A stretch of 37,944 bases of DNA from a phage: sequence record PZ247578.1; one strand, written 5' to 3'. Of this stretch, positions 18,940 to 27,901 are shown piece by piece (the first letter of the stretch is position 1; the number at the start of each line of letters is the position of its first letter). A model generated the notes under the pieces. The model searched no databases. It was not told the DNA's origin and was given only the letters and a program-made list of their open reading frames with translations. Made by a program: the position numbers and the translations under genes.

Positions 18940-19824
18940 ATGTCTCAATCAGTTTATGCCGAGTTCGGCGTTAGCTCTAATGCAATCACTGGTTCCGTTG
19001 AGGACCTGAACGAACACCAGAAGTCTATGCTTGAACAGGACGTAGCTGTTCGTGATGGCGATGACGCTATTACCTTCAAGCAACTGGAAGCCGAAAACGA
19101 AGAGGCGACCGAAGAAGACGAGAACGTCGAAGAGACTGAGGGTGCTGAAGACAACGAGTCCGATGACGAAGAGTCTGAGACCGATGGTGAGCAGCCTGAG
19201 TTCATCGAACTAGGTGATGCACCGAAAGAGCTGACTGAAAGTGTCACCGCTCTGGATGAAAACGAAGCTGCATTTGACGACATGGTGTCTTCTGCTGTAG
19301 AAGCTGGCAAGGTCACTGCTGATGAAATTATCGCTATCAAGGCTGAATACGCCAAGGACGGTAAGCTGTCTGACGCATCCTACGCTAAGTTGCAGGAAGC
19401 AGGTTACACCAAGCGTTTCGTAGATTCGTTTGTCCGTGGCCAGGAAGCTCTTGCTGAACAGTATGCTGCTGGTGTGGTTCGCTACGCTGGTGGTGCTGAA
19501 CAGTTTAATCGCATCCTGTCACACCTTGAGTCCAACGACCCGTCAACTCGTGAAGCACTGGAAGCTGCTATCATTCGTAAGGACATTGCTACTACCAAAG
19601 CTCTGCTGAATCTGGCTGGCAAGACTCTGGGTAAAGCTGTGGGTGTTAAACCTCAGCGTACCATCACCACTCAGGCTAAACCTGTGGTCGCACCTAAGGC
19701 TCCTCAGACCGAAGCATTCAGCTCCAAGGCTGACATGATTAAGGCTATGAGTGACCCGCGATACCTGCGTGACGCTAAATACACGATGGAAGTTCGCGCT
19801 AAGGTAGCTGCCTCAAGCCTGTAG
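18940..19824 (+). CDS. Capsid assembly scaffolding protein (gp9 homolog), 294 aa
   Basis: Highly acidic, Glu/Asp-rich; directly upstream of the major capsid gene. Confidence 0.85.
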   Translation: MSQSVYAEFGVSSNAITGSVEDLNEHQKSMLEQDVAVRDGDDAITFKQLEAENEEATEEDENVEETEGAEDNESDDEESETDGEQPEFIELGDAPKELTESVTALDENEAAFDDMVSSAVEAGKVTADEIIAIKAEYAKDGKLSDASYAKLQEAGYTKRFVDSFVRGQEALAEQYAAGVVRYAGGAEQFNRILSHLESNDPSTREALEAAIIRKDIATTKALLNLAGKTLGKAVGVKPQRTITTQAKPVVAPKAPQTEAFSSKADMIKAMSDPRYLRDAKYTMEVRAKVAASSL

Positions 19825-19826
19825 GA

Positions 19827-19849
19827 CTAAACTATCACTATAGGGAGAC
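19827..19849 (+). promoter_or_regulatory. Strong phage RNAP promoter (CTAAACTATCACTATAGGGAGACC), phi10-like
   Basis: Best match to the full consensus including GGGAGA; upstream of the capsid gene. Confidence 0.9.
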
Positions 19850-19950
19850 CAAGAGAAAGACTCAAGGTTTCCCTATTACTTCAGTCCATACGGATTGGGC
19901 ATACAGTAAGTAATATACTTTATCTTTCAATTGAATAGGAGAATTATCAT

Positions 19951-21000
19951 ATGGCAAACGTTCCGGGTCAGAAAGTAGGTACAGACCAAGGCAAAGGCAA
20001 ATCTGGTTCCGACGCTCTGGCGTTGTTCCTGAAGGTATTTGCTGGTGAAGTCCTGACCGCATTCACTCGCCGCTCTGTAACTGCTGACAAGCATATTGTC
20101 CGTACAATTCAGAACGGTAAGTCTGCTCAGTTCCCGGTCATGGGTCGCACCTCTGGTGTGTATCTGGCTCCGGGTGAGCGACTGTCCGATAAGCGTAAAG
20201 GTATCAAACATACCGAGAAAGTGATTACCATTGATGGTCTGCTGACTGCCGATGTGATGATTTTCGACATTGAAGACGCGATGAACCACTATGACGTGGC
20301 TGGCGAGTACTCCAACCAGTTGGGCGAAGCTCTGGCTATCGCTGCCGATGGTGCGGTACTGGCTGAGATGGCTATTCTGTGTAACCTACCGGCTGCATCT
20401 GATGAAAACATCGCTGGTCTTGGCAAAGCGTCTGTGCTGGAAGTTGGTACTAAAGCAGACCTGAACACTCCGGCTAAGCTGGGTGAAGCAATCATCGGTC
20501 AACTGACCATTGCTCGTGCGAAGCTGACATCCAACTACGTTCCTGCTGGCGACCGTTACTTCTACACCACGCCGGACAACTACTCTGCAATCCTCGCGGC
20601 TCTGATGCCGAACGCTGCTAACTATGCTGCGCTGATTGACCCAGAGACTGGTAACATCCGTAACGTAATGGGCTTCGTGGTTGTTGAAGTTCCACACTTG
20701 ACTCAGGGTGGTGCTGGGGAAACTCGTGGTGCCGATGGTATCACTATTGCGACTGGTCAGAAGCACGCCTTCCCAGCTACTGCTACTGGTGATGTTAAAG
20801 TTGCTCTGGACAACGTTGTGGGCCTGTTCTCTCACCGTTCTGCTGTAGGTACTGTTAAGCTGCGTGACTTGGCGCTGGAACGTGACCGTGACGTCGATGC
20901 TCAGGGCGACCTGATTGTTGGTAAGTACGCTATGGGTCACGGTGGTCTGCGTCCAGAAGCAGCAGGCGCACTGGTTTTCACAGCGGCGTCAGCGGGTTAA
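19951..21000 (+). CDS. Major capsid protein 10A, 349 aa
   Basis: DALALFLKVFAGEVLTAF, KHTEKVITIDGLLTADV, LMPNAANYAALIDPE, KYAMGHGGLRPEAAG closely match recalled T7 gp10A. Confidence 0.97.
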   Translation: MANVPGQKVGTDQGKGKSGSDALALFLKVFAGEVLTAFTRRSVTADKHIVRTIQNGKSAQFPVMGRTSGVYLAPGERLSDKRKGIKHTEKVITIDGLLTADVMIFDIEDAMNHYDVAGEYSNQLGEALAIAADGAVLAEMAILCNLPAASDENIAGLGKASVLEVGTKADLNTPAKLGEAIIGQLTIARAKLTSNYVPAGDRYFYTTPDNYSAILAALMPNAANYAALIDPETGNIRNVMGFVVVEVPHLTQGGAGETRGADGITIATGQKHAFPATATGDVKVALDNVVGLFSHRSAVGTVKLRDLALERDRDVDAQGDLIVGKYAMGHGGLRPEAAGALVFTAASAG

Positions 21001-21263
21001 CGACCTTTAAGGCCCTCTCTACAGAGGGTCCTACCTTAGAGACGTATAGTTCTACGGTGGGAACCAGCCTGAAGGTTGACTTCCCTGAGCTTTCAGATGT
21101 GACCGATTGGTCGCTGCTTGAGGTGACTACGCCTGATGGTGTTAGCTACTCACGTAGAACCAACAGTCTCTACTTCAAGGCCACCTCTGGCGTGGAAGGT
21201 CTGGTGATTGTTGGGTATGACGGTACGCCTGTGCGTTCCTTCAACGTATCTTTCACAAACTAA
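19951..21263 (+). CDS. Minor capsid protein 10B, produced by a programmed -1 frameshift at GGTTTTC (20973..20979), with a C-terminal extension of about 94 aa
   Basis: The heptamer matches the T7 10A/10B shift site; the -1 frame is open from the heptamer to the stop at 21261..21263. Confidence 0.7.
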
Positions 21264-21268
21264 TTGAA

Positions 21269-21308
21269 ACCCCTTGGGTGCCTTCGGGTGCTTGAGGGGT
21301 TTTTTTGC
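21269..21308 (+). terminator. Phage late terminator (T7 Tphi-like): GC-rich hairpin with a UUCG loop plus a U7 tract
   Basis: AAACCCCTTGGGTGCCTTCGGGTGCTTGAGGGGTTTTTTTGC, in the Tphi position after gene 10. Confidence 0.85.
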
Positions 21309-21323
21309 TTAAGGAGTAAACCT

Positions 21324-21890
21324 ATGGCTCAATACATTCCACTGAATGCTAACGATGACTTAGACGCCATCAACGATATGTTAGCTGCTATCGGTGAACC
21401 AGCAGTCCTACAGCTTGACGAGGGGAACGCTGACGTATCAAACGCTCAACGTATCCTGCATCGTGTCAATCGTCAGGTCCAAGCTAAGGGATGGAACTTT
21501 AACATCAATGAAGCTGCTGTCCTGACACCTGATGTCCAAGACAACAGGATTCGATTCCTGCCGTCATACCTTCGTGTAATGACTGCCGGGGCCACCAGCT
21601 ACTACAGCAACATGGGTGGATACCTGTACGACCTGTCCACTCAGTCAACCACTTTCACCGACCCTATCACGGTAGAGCTTGTGGAGATGAAGCCATTCTC
21701 CGAGATGCCTGTGGTCTTCAGGGACTACATCGTCACTAAAGCTAGCCGTGAGTTCAACGCTAAGTTCTTCGGTAGCCCAGAGTCTGAACTGTACCTTCGT
21801 GAGCAGGAAGCAGAACTCTATCAGCAGGTTATGGAGTACGAGATGGACACTGGTCGCTACAACATGATGTCTGACATCGGGAGGGACTAA
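21324..21890 (+). CDS. Tail tubular protein A (gp11 homolog), 188 aa
   Basis: LNANDDLDAINDMLAAIGEP, NAQRILHRVNRQVQAKGWNFNI, FRDYIVTKASREFN match recalled T7 gp11; start at ATG 21324 (SD AAGGAG), not 21264. Confidence 0.92.
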   Translation: MAQYIPLNANDDLDAINDMLAAIGEPAVLQLDEGNADVSNAQRILHRVNRQVQAKGWNFNINEAAVLTPDVQDNRIRFLPSYLRVMTAGATSYYSNMGGYLYDLSTQSTTFTDPITVELVEMKPFSEMPVVFRDYIVTKASREFNAKFFGSPESELYLREQEAELYQQVMEYEMDTGRYNMMSDIGRD

Positions 21891-22117
21891 TGGCTAGTCA
21901 CAACCTGAAGATTCACCGCCAACACTTTGGTCCGGTACAGCTAGGTCTAAAGACAGCAGAGCTGAGACTTAACGACCGGGACTTTAAGGTTGGCGATTGG
22001 CTTATCCTGAATGAGTGGGACAACGGATACACTGGACAACAGGTAGCTCGTAAGGTTGTCCACATTGCTGACGTTGGTGACATCGCTGAAGGATACGTCC
22101 TAATGAGTATGATTTAA
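21890..22117 (+). CDS. Small hypothetical protein (75 aa), possibly ASCH/PUA-like (DUF3850-type), between the tail tubular A and B genes
   Basis: Start overlaps the gp11 stop (TAATG); the pattern HxLKIHRQHF...RLNDRDFKVGDWLILNEWD...YTG...V looks like small ASCH-like phage proteins; from memory only. Confidence 0.55.
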   Translation: MASHNLKIHRQHFGPVQLGLKTAELRLNDRDFKVGDWLILNEWDNGYTGQQVARKVVHIADVGDIAEGYVLMSMI

Positions 22118-22126
22118 GGAGGGCCT

Positions 22127-24484
22127 ATGCCACTAATTACTCAATCAATCAAAAATCTTAAAGGTGGCATTAGCCAGCAGCCTGATATACTGAGGTTCTC
22201 AGACCAAGGCGAGGCACAGGTTAACTGCTGGTCATCCGAGAGTGATGGACTCCAGAAGCGCCCACCTACAGTCTTCAAGCGACGTCTTAACATCGACGTT
22301 GGGAGCAACCCTAAGTTCCACCTGATTAACCGTGACGAGCATGAGCAGTATTACATCGTGTTCAATGGGTCCAACATTCAGGTAGTTGACTTGAGTGGTA
22401 ATCAATACTCAGTGTCCGGTGTGGTAGATTACGTAACTTCCTCCAACCCACGAGATGACATCCGTGTCGTTACCGTGGCAGACTATACGTTCGTCGTGAA
22501 CCGTAAGGTTGTAGTCAAAGGAGGAAGCGAGAAGTCACACTCTGGTTACAATCGTAAAGCAAGAGCTTTAATCAACCTGCGTGGTGGACAGTATGGTCGA
22601 ACCCTTAAGGTTGGAATCAACGGTGGCGTTAAGGTCGAGCATAAGCTACCAGCAGGTAATGATGCCGAGAAGGACCCACCTAAGGTGGACGCTCAGGCCA
22701 TTGGTGCAGCTCTGAGAGACCTTCTTGTTGCTGCCTATCCTGCCTTCACGTTTGACCTTGGGTCTGGCTTCCTACTAATCACAGCTCCTTCAGGGACCGA
22801 CATTAACTCAGTGGAGACGGAGGATGGCTACGCTAACCAGCTAATCAGCCCAGTCCTAGACACGGTGCAGACAATCTCTAAGCTGCCTCTTGCGGCTCCC
22901 AATGGGTACATCATTAAGATTCAGGGTGAGACAAACAGTAGCGCCGATGAATACTACGTGATGTATGACTCCAACACTAAGACGTGGAAGGAGACAGTGG
23001 AGCCGGGAGTTGTCACTGGGTTCGATGTCACCACAATGCCACATGCTCTGGTCAGACAGTCTGATGGCTCCTTTGAGTTCAAGACTCTGGATTGGTCCAA
23101 GCGTGGTGCTGGTAACGATGACACAAACCCTATGCCTAGCTTCGTGGATGCTGCGATTAATGATGTGTTCTTCTACAGGAACAGACTTGGGTTCTTGTCG
23201 GGTGAGAACGTAATCATGAGCCGTTCAGCCAGCTACTTTGCGTTCTTCCCTAAGAGTGTGGCGACACTGAGTGATGCTGATCCTATTGATGTAGCTGTAA
23301 GTCACCCTCGAATCTCAATCCTTAAGTATGCCGTTCCGTTTAGCGAGCAGCTACTACTTTGGTCGGATGAGGTTCAGTTCGTGATGACAAGCTCTGGGGT
23401 CCTTACCTCGAAGTCTATCCAGCTTGATGTAGGCTCAGAGTTTGCCTTAGGTGATAATGCCAGACCGTTCGCTGTAGGACGCTCAGTCTTCTTCTCAGCT
23501 CCTCGTGGGTCATTCACCAGCATTAAGCGATACTTCGCTGTAGCTGATGTGTCTGATGTGAAGGATGCTGATGATACAACCGGTCACGTATTGTCCTACA
23601 TCCCTAACGGGGTGTTTGATATTCAAGGTACAGGGACTGAGAACTACATCTGCGTCAACTCTACAGGTGCGTACAACCGTATCTACATCTACAAGTTCTT
23701 GTTTAAGGACGGCGTACAGCTTCAAGCCTCTTGGTCACACTGGGAGTTCCCTAAAGATGATAAGATTCTGGCGTCTGCTTCTATTGGCTCTACCATGTTC
23801 ATCGTTCGTCAGCACCAAGGAGGGGTAGACATTGAGCACCTTAAGTTCATCAAGGAGGCAACTGACTTTCCGTTAGAGCCGTATAGACTCCACGTTGACT
23901 CCAAGGTGTCTATGGTAATACCAATTGGCTCGTACAACGCTGACACCTATAAGACTACGGTTGACATTGGTTCTGCTTATGGTGGAAACGCCCCGTCTCC
24001 CGGTCGGTACTATCTTATTGACAGTCAGGGTGCTTATTTGGACCTTGGGGAATTAAACAGTATATCTACTGTGATTACCCTCAACGGCGATTGGTCAGGA
24101 CGTACAGTGTTCATCGGACGGCCCTATCTGATGTCCTACAAGTTCTCACGGTTCCTGATTAAGATTGAAGATGATAGTGGCACTCAGTCTGAAGACACTG
24201 GTCGTCTACAGCTTCGTCGGGCTTGGGTCAACTACAAGGACACTGGCGCTCTGAGACTAATTGTCAGAAACGGTGAGCGGGAGTTCGTGAATACCTTCAA
24301 CGGGTACACCCTTGGTCAGCAAACCATCGGTACTACAAACATTGGTGACGGGCAGTATCGCTTCGCTATGAATGGTAACGCATTAACCACGAGTCTAACC
24401 TTAGAGTCCGACTATCCTACCCCAGTGTCCATCGTTGGGTGTGGCTGGGAGGCATCATACGCTAAGAAAGCTCGTTCAGTCTAA
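22127..24484 (+). CDS. Tail tubular protein B (gp12 homolog), 785 aa
   Basis: N-terminus ITQSIKNLKGGISQQPDILRFSDQG..QKRPP matches T7 gp12; SD AAGGAGGG. Confidence 0.93.
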   Translation: MPLITQSIKNLKGGISQQPDILRFSDQGEAQVNCWSSESDGLQKRPPTVFKRRLNIDVGSNPKFHLINRDEHEQYYIVFNGSNIQVVDLSGNQYSVSGVVDYVTSSNPRDDIRVVTVADYTFVVNRKVVVKGGSEKSHSGYNRKARALINLRGGQYGRTLKVGINGGVKVEHKLPAGNDAEKDPPKVDAQAIGAALRDLLVAAYPAFTFDLGSGFLLITAPSGTDINSVETEDGYANQLISPVLDTVQTISKLPLAAPNGYIIKIQGETNSSADEYYVMYDSNTKTWKETVEPGVVTGFDVTTMPHALVRQSDGSFEFKTLDWSKRGAGNDDTNPMPSFVDAAINDVFFYRNRLGFLSGENVIMSRSASYFAFFPKSVATLSDADPIDVAVSHPRISILKYAVPFSEQLLLWSDEVQFVMTSSGVLTSKSIQLDVGSEFALGDNARPFAVGRSVFFSAPRGSFTSIKRYFAVADVSDVKDADDTTGHVLSYIPNGVFDIQGTGTENYICVNSTGAYNRIYIYKFLFKDGVQLQASWSHWEFPKDDKILASASIGSTMFIVRQHQGGVDIEHLKFIKEATDFPLEPYRLHVDSKVSMVIPIGSYNADTYKTTVDIGSAYGGNAPSPGRYYLIDSQGAYLDLGELNSISTVITLNGDWSGRTVFIGRPYLMSYKFSRFLIKIEDDSGTQSEDTGRLQLRRAWVNYKDTGALRLIVRNGEREFVNTFNGYTLGQQTIGTTNIGDGQYRFAMNGNALTTSLTLESDYPTPVSIVGCGWEASYAKKARSV

Positions 24485-24510
24485 CTTATTGAAGGGCCTA
24501 TAGATTTACC

Positions 24511-24533
24511 TTAACTATCACTATAGGGACTAT
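24511..24533 (+). promoter_or_regulatory. Phage RNAP promoter (TTAACTATCACTATAGGGACTA), phi13-like, flanked by a perfect 12-bp inverted repeat
   Basis: Consensus core; flanking arms AAGGGCCTATAG (24492..24503) and CTATAGGCCCTT (24530..24541). Confidence 0.85.
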
Positions 24534-24560
24534 AGGCCCTTAAGGTTATAAGGAGACTTT

Positions 24561-25043
24561 ATGTATATTCGCAAGGCTACGGAACCAGATGTCCACTACT
24601 TTCTGTGGCATCTTTCAGCAGATGATGTTAATGAGTGCAAAGCAAACTATGGGTCAACCGTTGGTCTCTCTGAAAGACTGCTTAAGCACCTATCCCCGTC
24701 ATCTGTGGTTTTAACGAACGGTGTAGGCGAAGTGTTTGCCTATGGTGGAAACCAAGGGGATAACGTATGGTTCTTGACTTCTGGTCTTGTCTATAAGCTG
24801 AGACCTAAAGAGAAGCGAGAGTTCATAAAGCGTATCTCTGAGTACAGGGACTTAATGTTAGACCAATACGGGACCATCTGGAACTACGTGTGGTCAGGCA
24901 ATAAGTCTCACATTAAATTCTTGAAGTTGCTTGGGGCTAAGTTCCATGATGATTGGACTATCAGCCCGGTAACTGGTGAGCGTTTTCAATTATTCACTAT
25001 CTCTAAGGGGGACGTATGTGTGAACCAGTATCCATCGGTCTAG
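24561..25043 (+). CDS. gp13-like virion/assembly protein, 160 aa
   Basis: Position and size; SD TAAGGAG. Confidence 0.7.
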   Translation: MYIRKATEPDVHYFLWHLSADDVNECKANYGSTVGLSERLLKHLSPSSVVLTNGVGEVFAYGGNQGDNVWFLTSGLVYKLRPKEKREFIKRISEYRDLMLDQYGTIWNYVWSGNKSHIKFLKLLGAKFHDDWTISPVTGERFQLFTISKGDVCVNQYPSV

Positions 25044-25603
25044 GAGTCATGTCTGTAGCCGGGGCCACTATGTCCGCATCCCAGCAGGCCAAGGCCGAAG
25101 GTGCAGCAATTGACGCTCAGAACAGACAGGCTCAGGAAATGGTTAAGCAGATGAACTACTCTGACGCCAACCTGAAGATGCAGGAGCGAGACCTGAAGGA
25201 GCAGCAGATGGCTGAACTGACAGAGACCACTCTAAACGGTATCCGCAATCAGGGGATGGTCCGAGCTGCAGTGGCTGAGTCAGGTCTGGAAGGTAACTCT
25301 ATGGACAGGATTGAACGTCAGGTCGAAGGAGATACAGTCAAGGAGCGAGCAGGGATTACCGAAAGTTACAACCGCGACTATGCGGCTATCTTCGGGAACC
25401 GTATCGCCAACATTGAGAACACCAAGTCTGCTATCCGTGGTCAAGGTAAGATCATCAAGACCAGTCCGCTGGCCCATGCACTTAATGTTGCAAGCGCCGG
25501 GATGCAGGGGTACGCTGCTGGTAAGTCAATCTCTGGGGCATCAAGCTCTGGTGGTGCTGCACCGATTAGTGCTGCTAAAGGCACACCTACAGGTCATAGC
25601 TAA
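25016..25603 (+). CDS. Internal virion protein B (gp14 homolog), 195 aa
   Basis: MC.. N-terminus, GSIRAAIGES-like SGLEGNSMDRIERQVEG and ENYRRDY-like ESYNRDYAAIF match recalled T7 gp14. Confidence 0.85.
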   Translation: MCEPVSIGLGVMSVAGATMSASQQAKAEGAAIDAQNRQAQEMVKQMNYSDANLKMQERDLKEQQMAELTETTLNGIRNQGMVRAAVAESGLEGNSMDRIERQVEGDTVKERAGITESYNRDYAAIFGNRIANIENTKSAIRGQGKIIKTSPLAHALNVASAGMQGYAAGKSISGASSSGGAAPISAAKGTPTGHS

Positions 25604-25614
25604 GAGGAGGACTA

Positions 25615-27897
25615 ATGGCTAGTAATATTGAATCAGCTCTGGCTAATCGGACTATGGGTCGTGGCAGAGCGCCTGGTAAAACTATCTCCGTCAACTATCA
25701 AGCAGCCAGCGTTCAGGCTCCGACTGGGGACTCCGGGCTGGCTCGTGCATTAACTAACTTCGTTGAGTCTGGGACAGGATTGTACAAGCAGTTCAAGGAC
25801 GATGAGAAGACCAGAGCTGACGAGCGGTCTAACGAAATTATCCGTAAGTTGACACCTCAGCAGAGACGTGAGGCTATCCAGAACGGTACATTGCTGTATC
25901 AGGATGACCCTTACGCTATGGAAGCACTTCGAGTCAAGACTGGTCGCAATGCTGCCTTTGCTGTAGACGACGAGATTAACGTTAAGATTCAGAACGGTGA
26001 GTTCCGTACACGTCAGGACATGGAAGAGTATCGCCACCAGCGACTTCAGGACGCCGCTAAGTCCTATGCTGAAGAGGCGGGTATTAACCCTACCGACGAG
26101 TTCTTCCAGCGTGGCTTCAACGATAACATCACGGACAGAAACATCGCTATCTATGGGTCTTTCAATAAGTATTTCAGCAAGCAGTCTGAAGAGACAGCAA
26201 TGTTGAACACCCGTATTGAGATGAACTCATTCCTGAACGATGGCGACCTTATGCGTTCACCTGAGTCTGGCAAGACCTTCATGGCCTACCTTCGGGATGG
26301 ACTAACGACTGCTGCTATCCCATCGGACCAGCGAGCGCGGGAGGTCATTGCCCAGACGGTCCGTGACGCAATCCAGAAGTCAGGCGGCTCAAACTTCCTA
26401 CAGCAAGTACGAGGCGAGCGAATCACCCTTAACGGCGTGGATGCTACAGTCGAAGAGATTGTAGGACCTGATGTCTTCAACGCTGCTATTGTTGAGGCAC
26501 AAGGAACTGAGTACAAGCTGGTGGCTAAGTATCAGGAAGACTTAGCGTTAGGCGTTCAGTCTGCGATTCTTCAGGATGACCCAACCATCGGTCTGGCCCA
26601 GATTCAGAAACTCAAGGAGCAGAACAACCTGCTTCAGCCGGGTGAAGAACTAACGCCTCAGCGTCAGATGCTTATTAATGCCGAAGCCAGCTTACTGGAA
26701 GCGGTAAAGCGTAAGTCTGCTGAACAGGCGAAGGAGAACACGAAGTTAATCCAGACCCAGAACAAGCAACTGGTCATTGACCAAGTGTATCAGCGACGTC
26801 TGGCTGGAGACAACGTGTCCACCAACTATGAGGACCTTCCGGTCTCTGAAGCCACAGGAGAGTTCAAGCGTTCAGACATGAACAACTATGCGTCTGCTAA
26901 GCTACAGCAGATTGACCAGATGGACATCCCTGAGGCTGCTAAGGACGCACAGAAGGTGGCATTGTTAAGGGCTGACACTAACAATGGTCCGTTCCGTAAT
27001 GCCTTCCAGACGCTGACTAAGGACGCTGCTGGTGAGTGGCAAGCTGCGGTCATCCGTGGGCAGTACGACCCAGACAAGATGCAACGCTTCGAATCTCTTC
27101 GTCGTGCCTACACTCAGGACCCTTCAAGTTTTGCTGCTCTGTATCCTGACCAAGCTCAGTTGTTCTCTACGTTCGACCAGATGGACAAGATGGGTCTGGA
27201 CCCTCAGACGATGATTGAAGCTGATAAGCAAGCTGCAAGTCAAAGCCGTGAGATGCGCATGGAGTCAGACAAGGCGTGGCAGGAGTTGAAGAATGACTCT
27301 CGGAATAAGGACCTTTCGCGTCTTCCTACGTCTCTGGACGCAAGTGCTCGTAAGGTCTGGGACTCATGGTACTATCGTACAGGTAACGCTGACGCTGCAA
27401 CTCAGCAGACTCAACGCTGGCTGAATGAGAACACCGTAACGTTCCAGTCTGAAGGTTCTGACGGTAAGTCCATCGGCATGGTGTCAAAGCACCAGCTTAT
27501 GGTCGGGGATAGCCCAGAGTCGTGGCAGGTTGGTCGAGACATTATCGACACCGCTCGTAAGCAGCTCATTAAGGCCAACCCTTGGGTAGTGAACTCTCAG
27601 TTGTCCGTTGTTGAACAGAACGGCTCTATCTTCCTCCAAGACGCTACAGGGACTATTCGTATTCGCTACGATAAAGAACTTGTAGGTAAACTCTACCGCG
27701 AACAACAGCAGAAGGCACAAGATGCCGCATACGCTCAGGCAGAACGTGACGCTAACAAGCGAGCGCGTATCGTCGGGACTAAAGCTGCTGGTGACAAACG
27801 TCGAGCTGACCGAGAGGCCAACATCGAGAAGCGCGGTGGGATGTACAATGACGTCTCACTGGAGGGTATCGCAAACGTACTAATTGGTAAGGAGTAA
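25615..27897 (+). CDS. Internal virion protein C (gp15 homolog), 760 aa
   Basis: Size and position; SD AAGAGGAGG; Gln/Ala-rich predicted helical protein. Confidence 0.85.
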   Translation: MASNIESALANRTMGRGRAPGKTISVNYQAASVQAPTGDSGLARALTNFVESGTGLYKQFKDDEKTRADERSNEIIRKLTPQQRREAIQNGTLLYQDDPYAMEALRVKTGRNAAFAVDDEINVKIQNGEFRTRQDMEEYRHQRLQDAAKSYAEEAGINPTDEFFQRGFNDNITDRNIAIYGSFNKYFSKQSEETAMLNTRIEMNSFLNDGDLMRSPESGKTFMAYLRDGLTTAAIPSDQRAREVIAQTVRDAIQKSGGSNFLQQVRGERITLNGVDATVEEIVGPDVFNAAIVEAQGTEYKLVAKYQEDLALGVQSAILQDDPTIGLAQIQKLKEQNNLLQPGEELTPQRQMLINAEASLLEAVKRKSAEQAKENTKLIQTQNKQLVIDQVYQRRLAGDNVSTNYEDLPVSEATGEFKRSDMNNYASAKLQQIDQMDIPEAAKDAQKVALLRADTNNGPFRNAFQTLTKDAAGEWQAAVIRGQYDPDKMQRFESLRRAYTQDPSSFAALYPDQAQLFSTFDQMDKMGLDPQTMIEADKQAASQSREMRMESDKAWQELKNDSRNKDLSRLPTSLDASARKVWDSWYYRTGNADAATQQTQRWLNENTVTFQSEGSDGKSIGMVSKHQLMVGDSPESWQVGRDIIDTARKQLIKANPWVVNSQLSVVEQNGSIFLQDATGTIRIRYDKELVGKLYREQQQKAQDAAYAQAERDANKRARIVGTKAAGDKRRADREANIEKRGGMYNDVSLEGIANVLIGKE

Positions 27898-27901
27898 CAT
27901 A

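Noticed and set aside
18954-20940. Minus-strand ORFs of 120-184 aa antisense to the scaffold and capsid genes (18954..19355, 19927..20289, 20386..20940)
   Set aside because: They lie entirely opposite highly expressed, well-supported + strand genes, have no SD, and have low-complexity Ser/Thr-rich composition typical of antisense frames; T7-like phages encode all genes on one strand.
21264-21323. ORF-track start of gp11 at 21264
   Set aside because: The extension would run through the Tphi-like terminator hairpin and U-tract; ATG 21324 has an AAGGAG SD and matches the T7 gp11 N-terminus.
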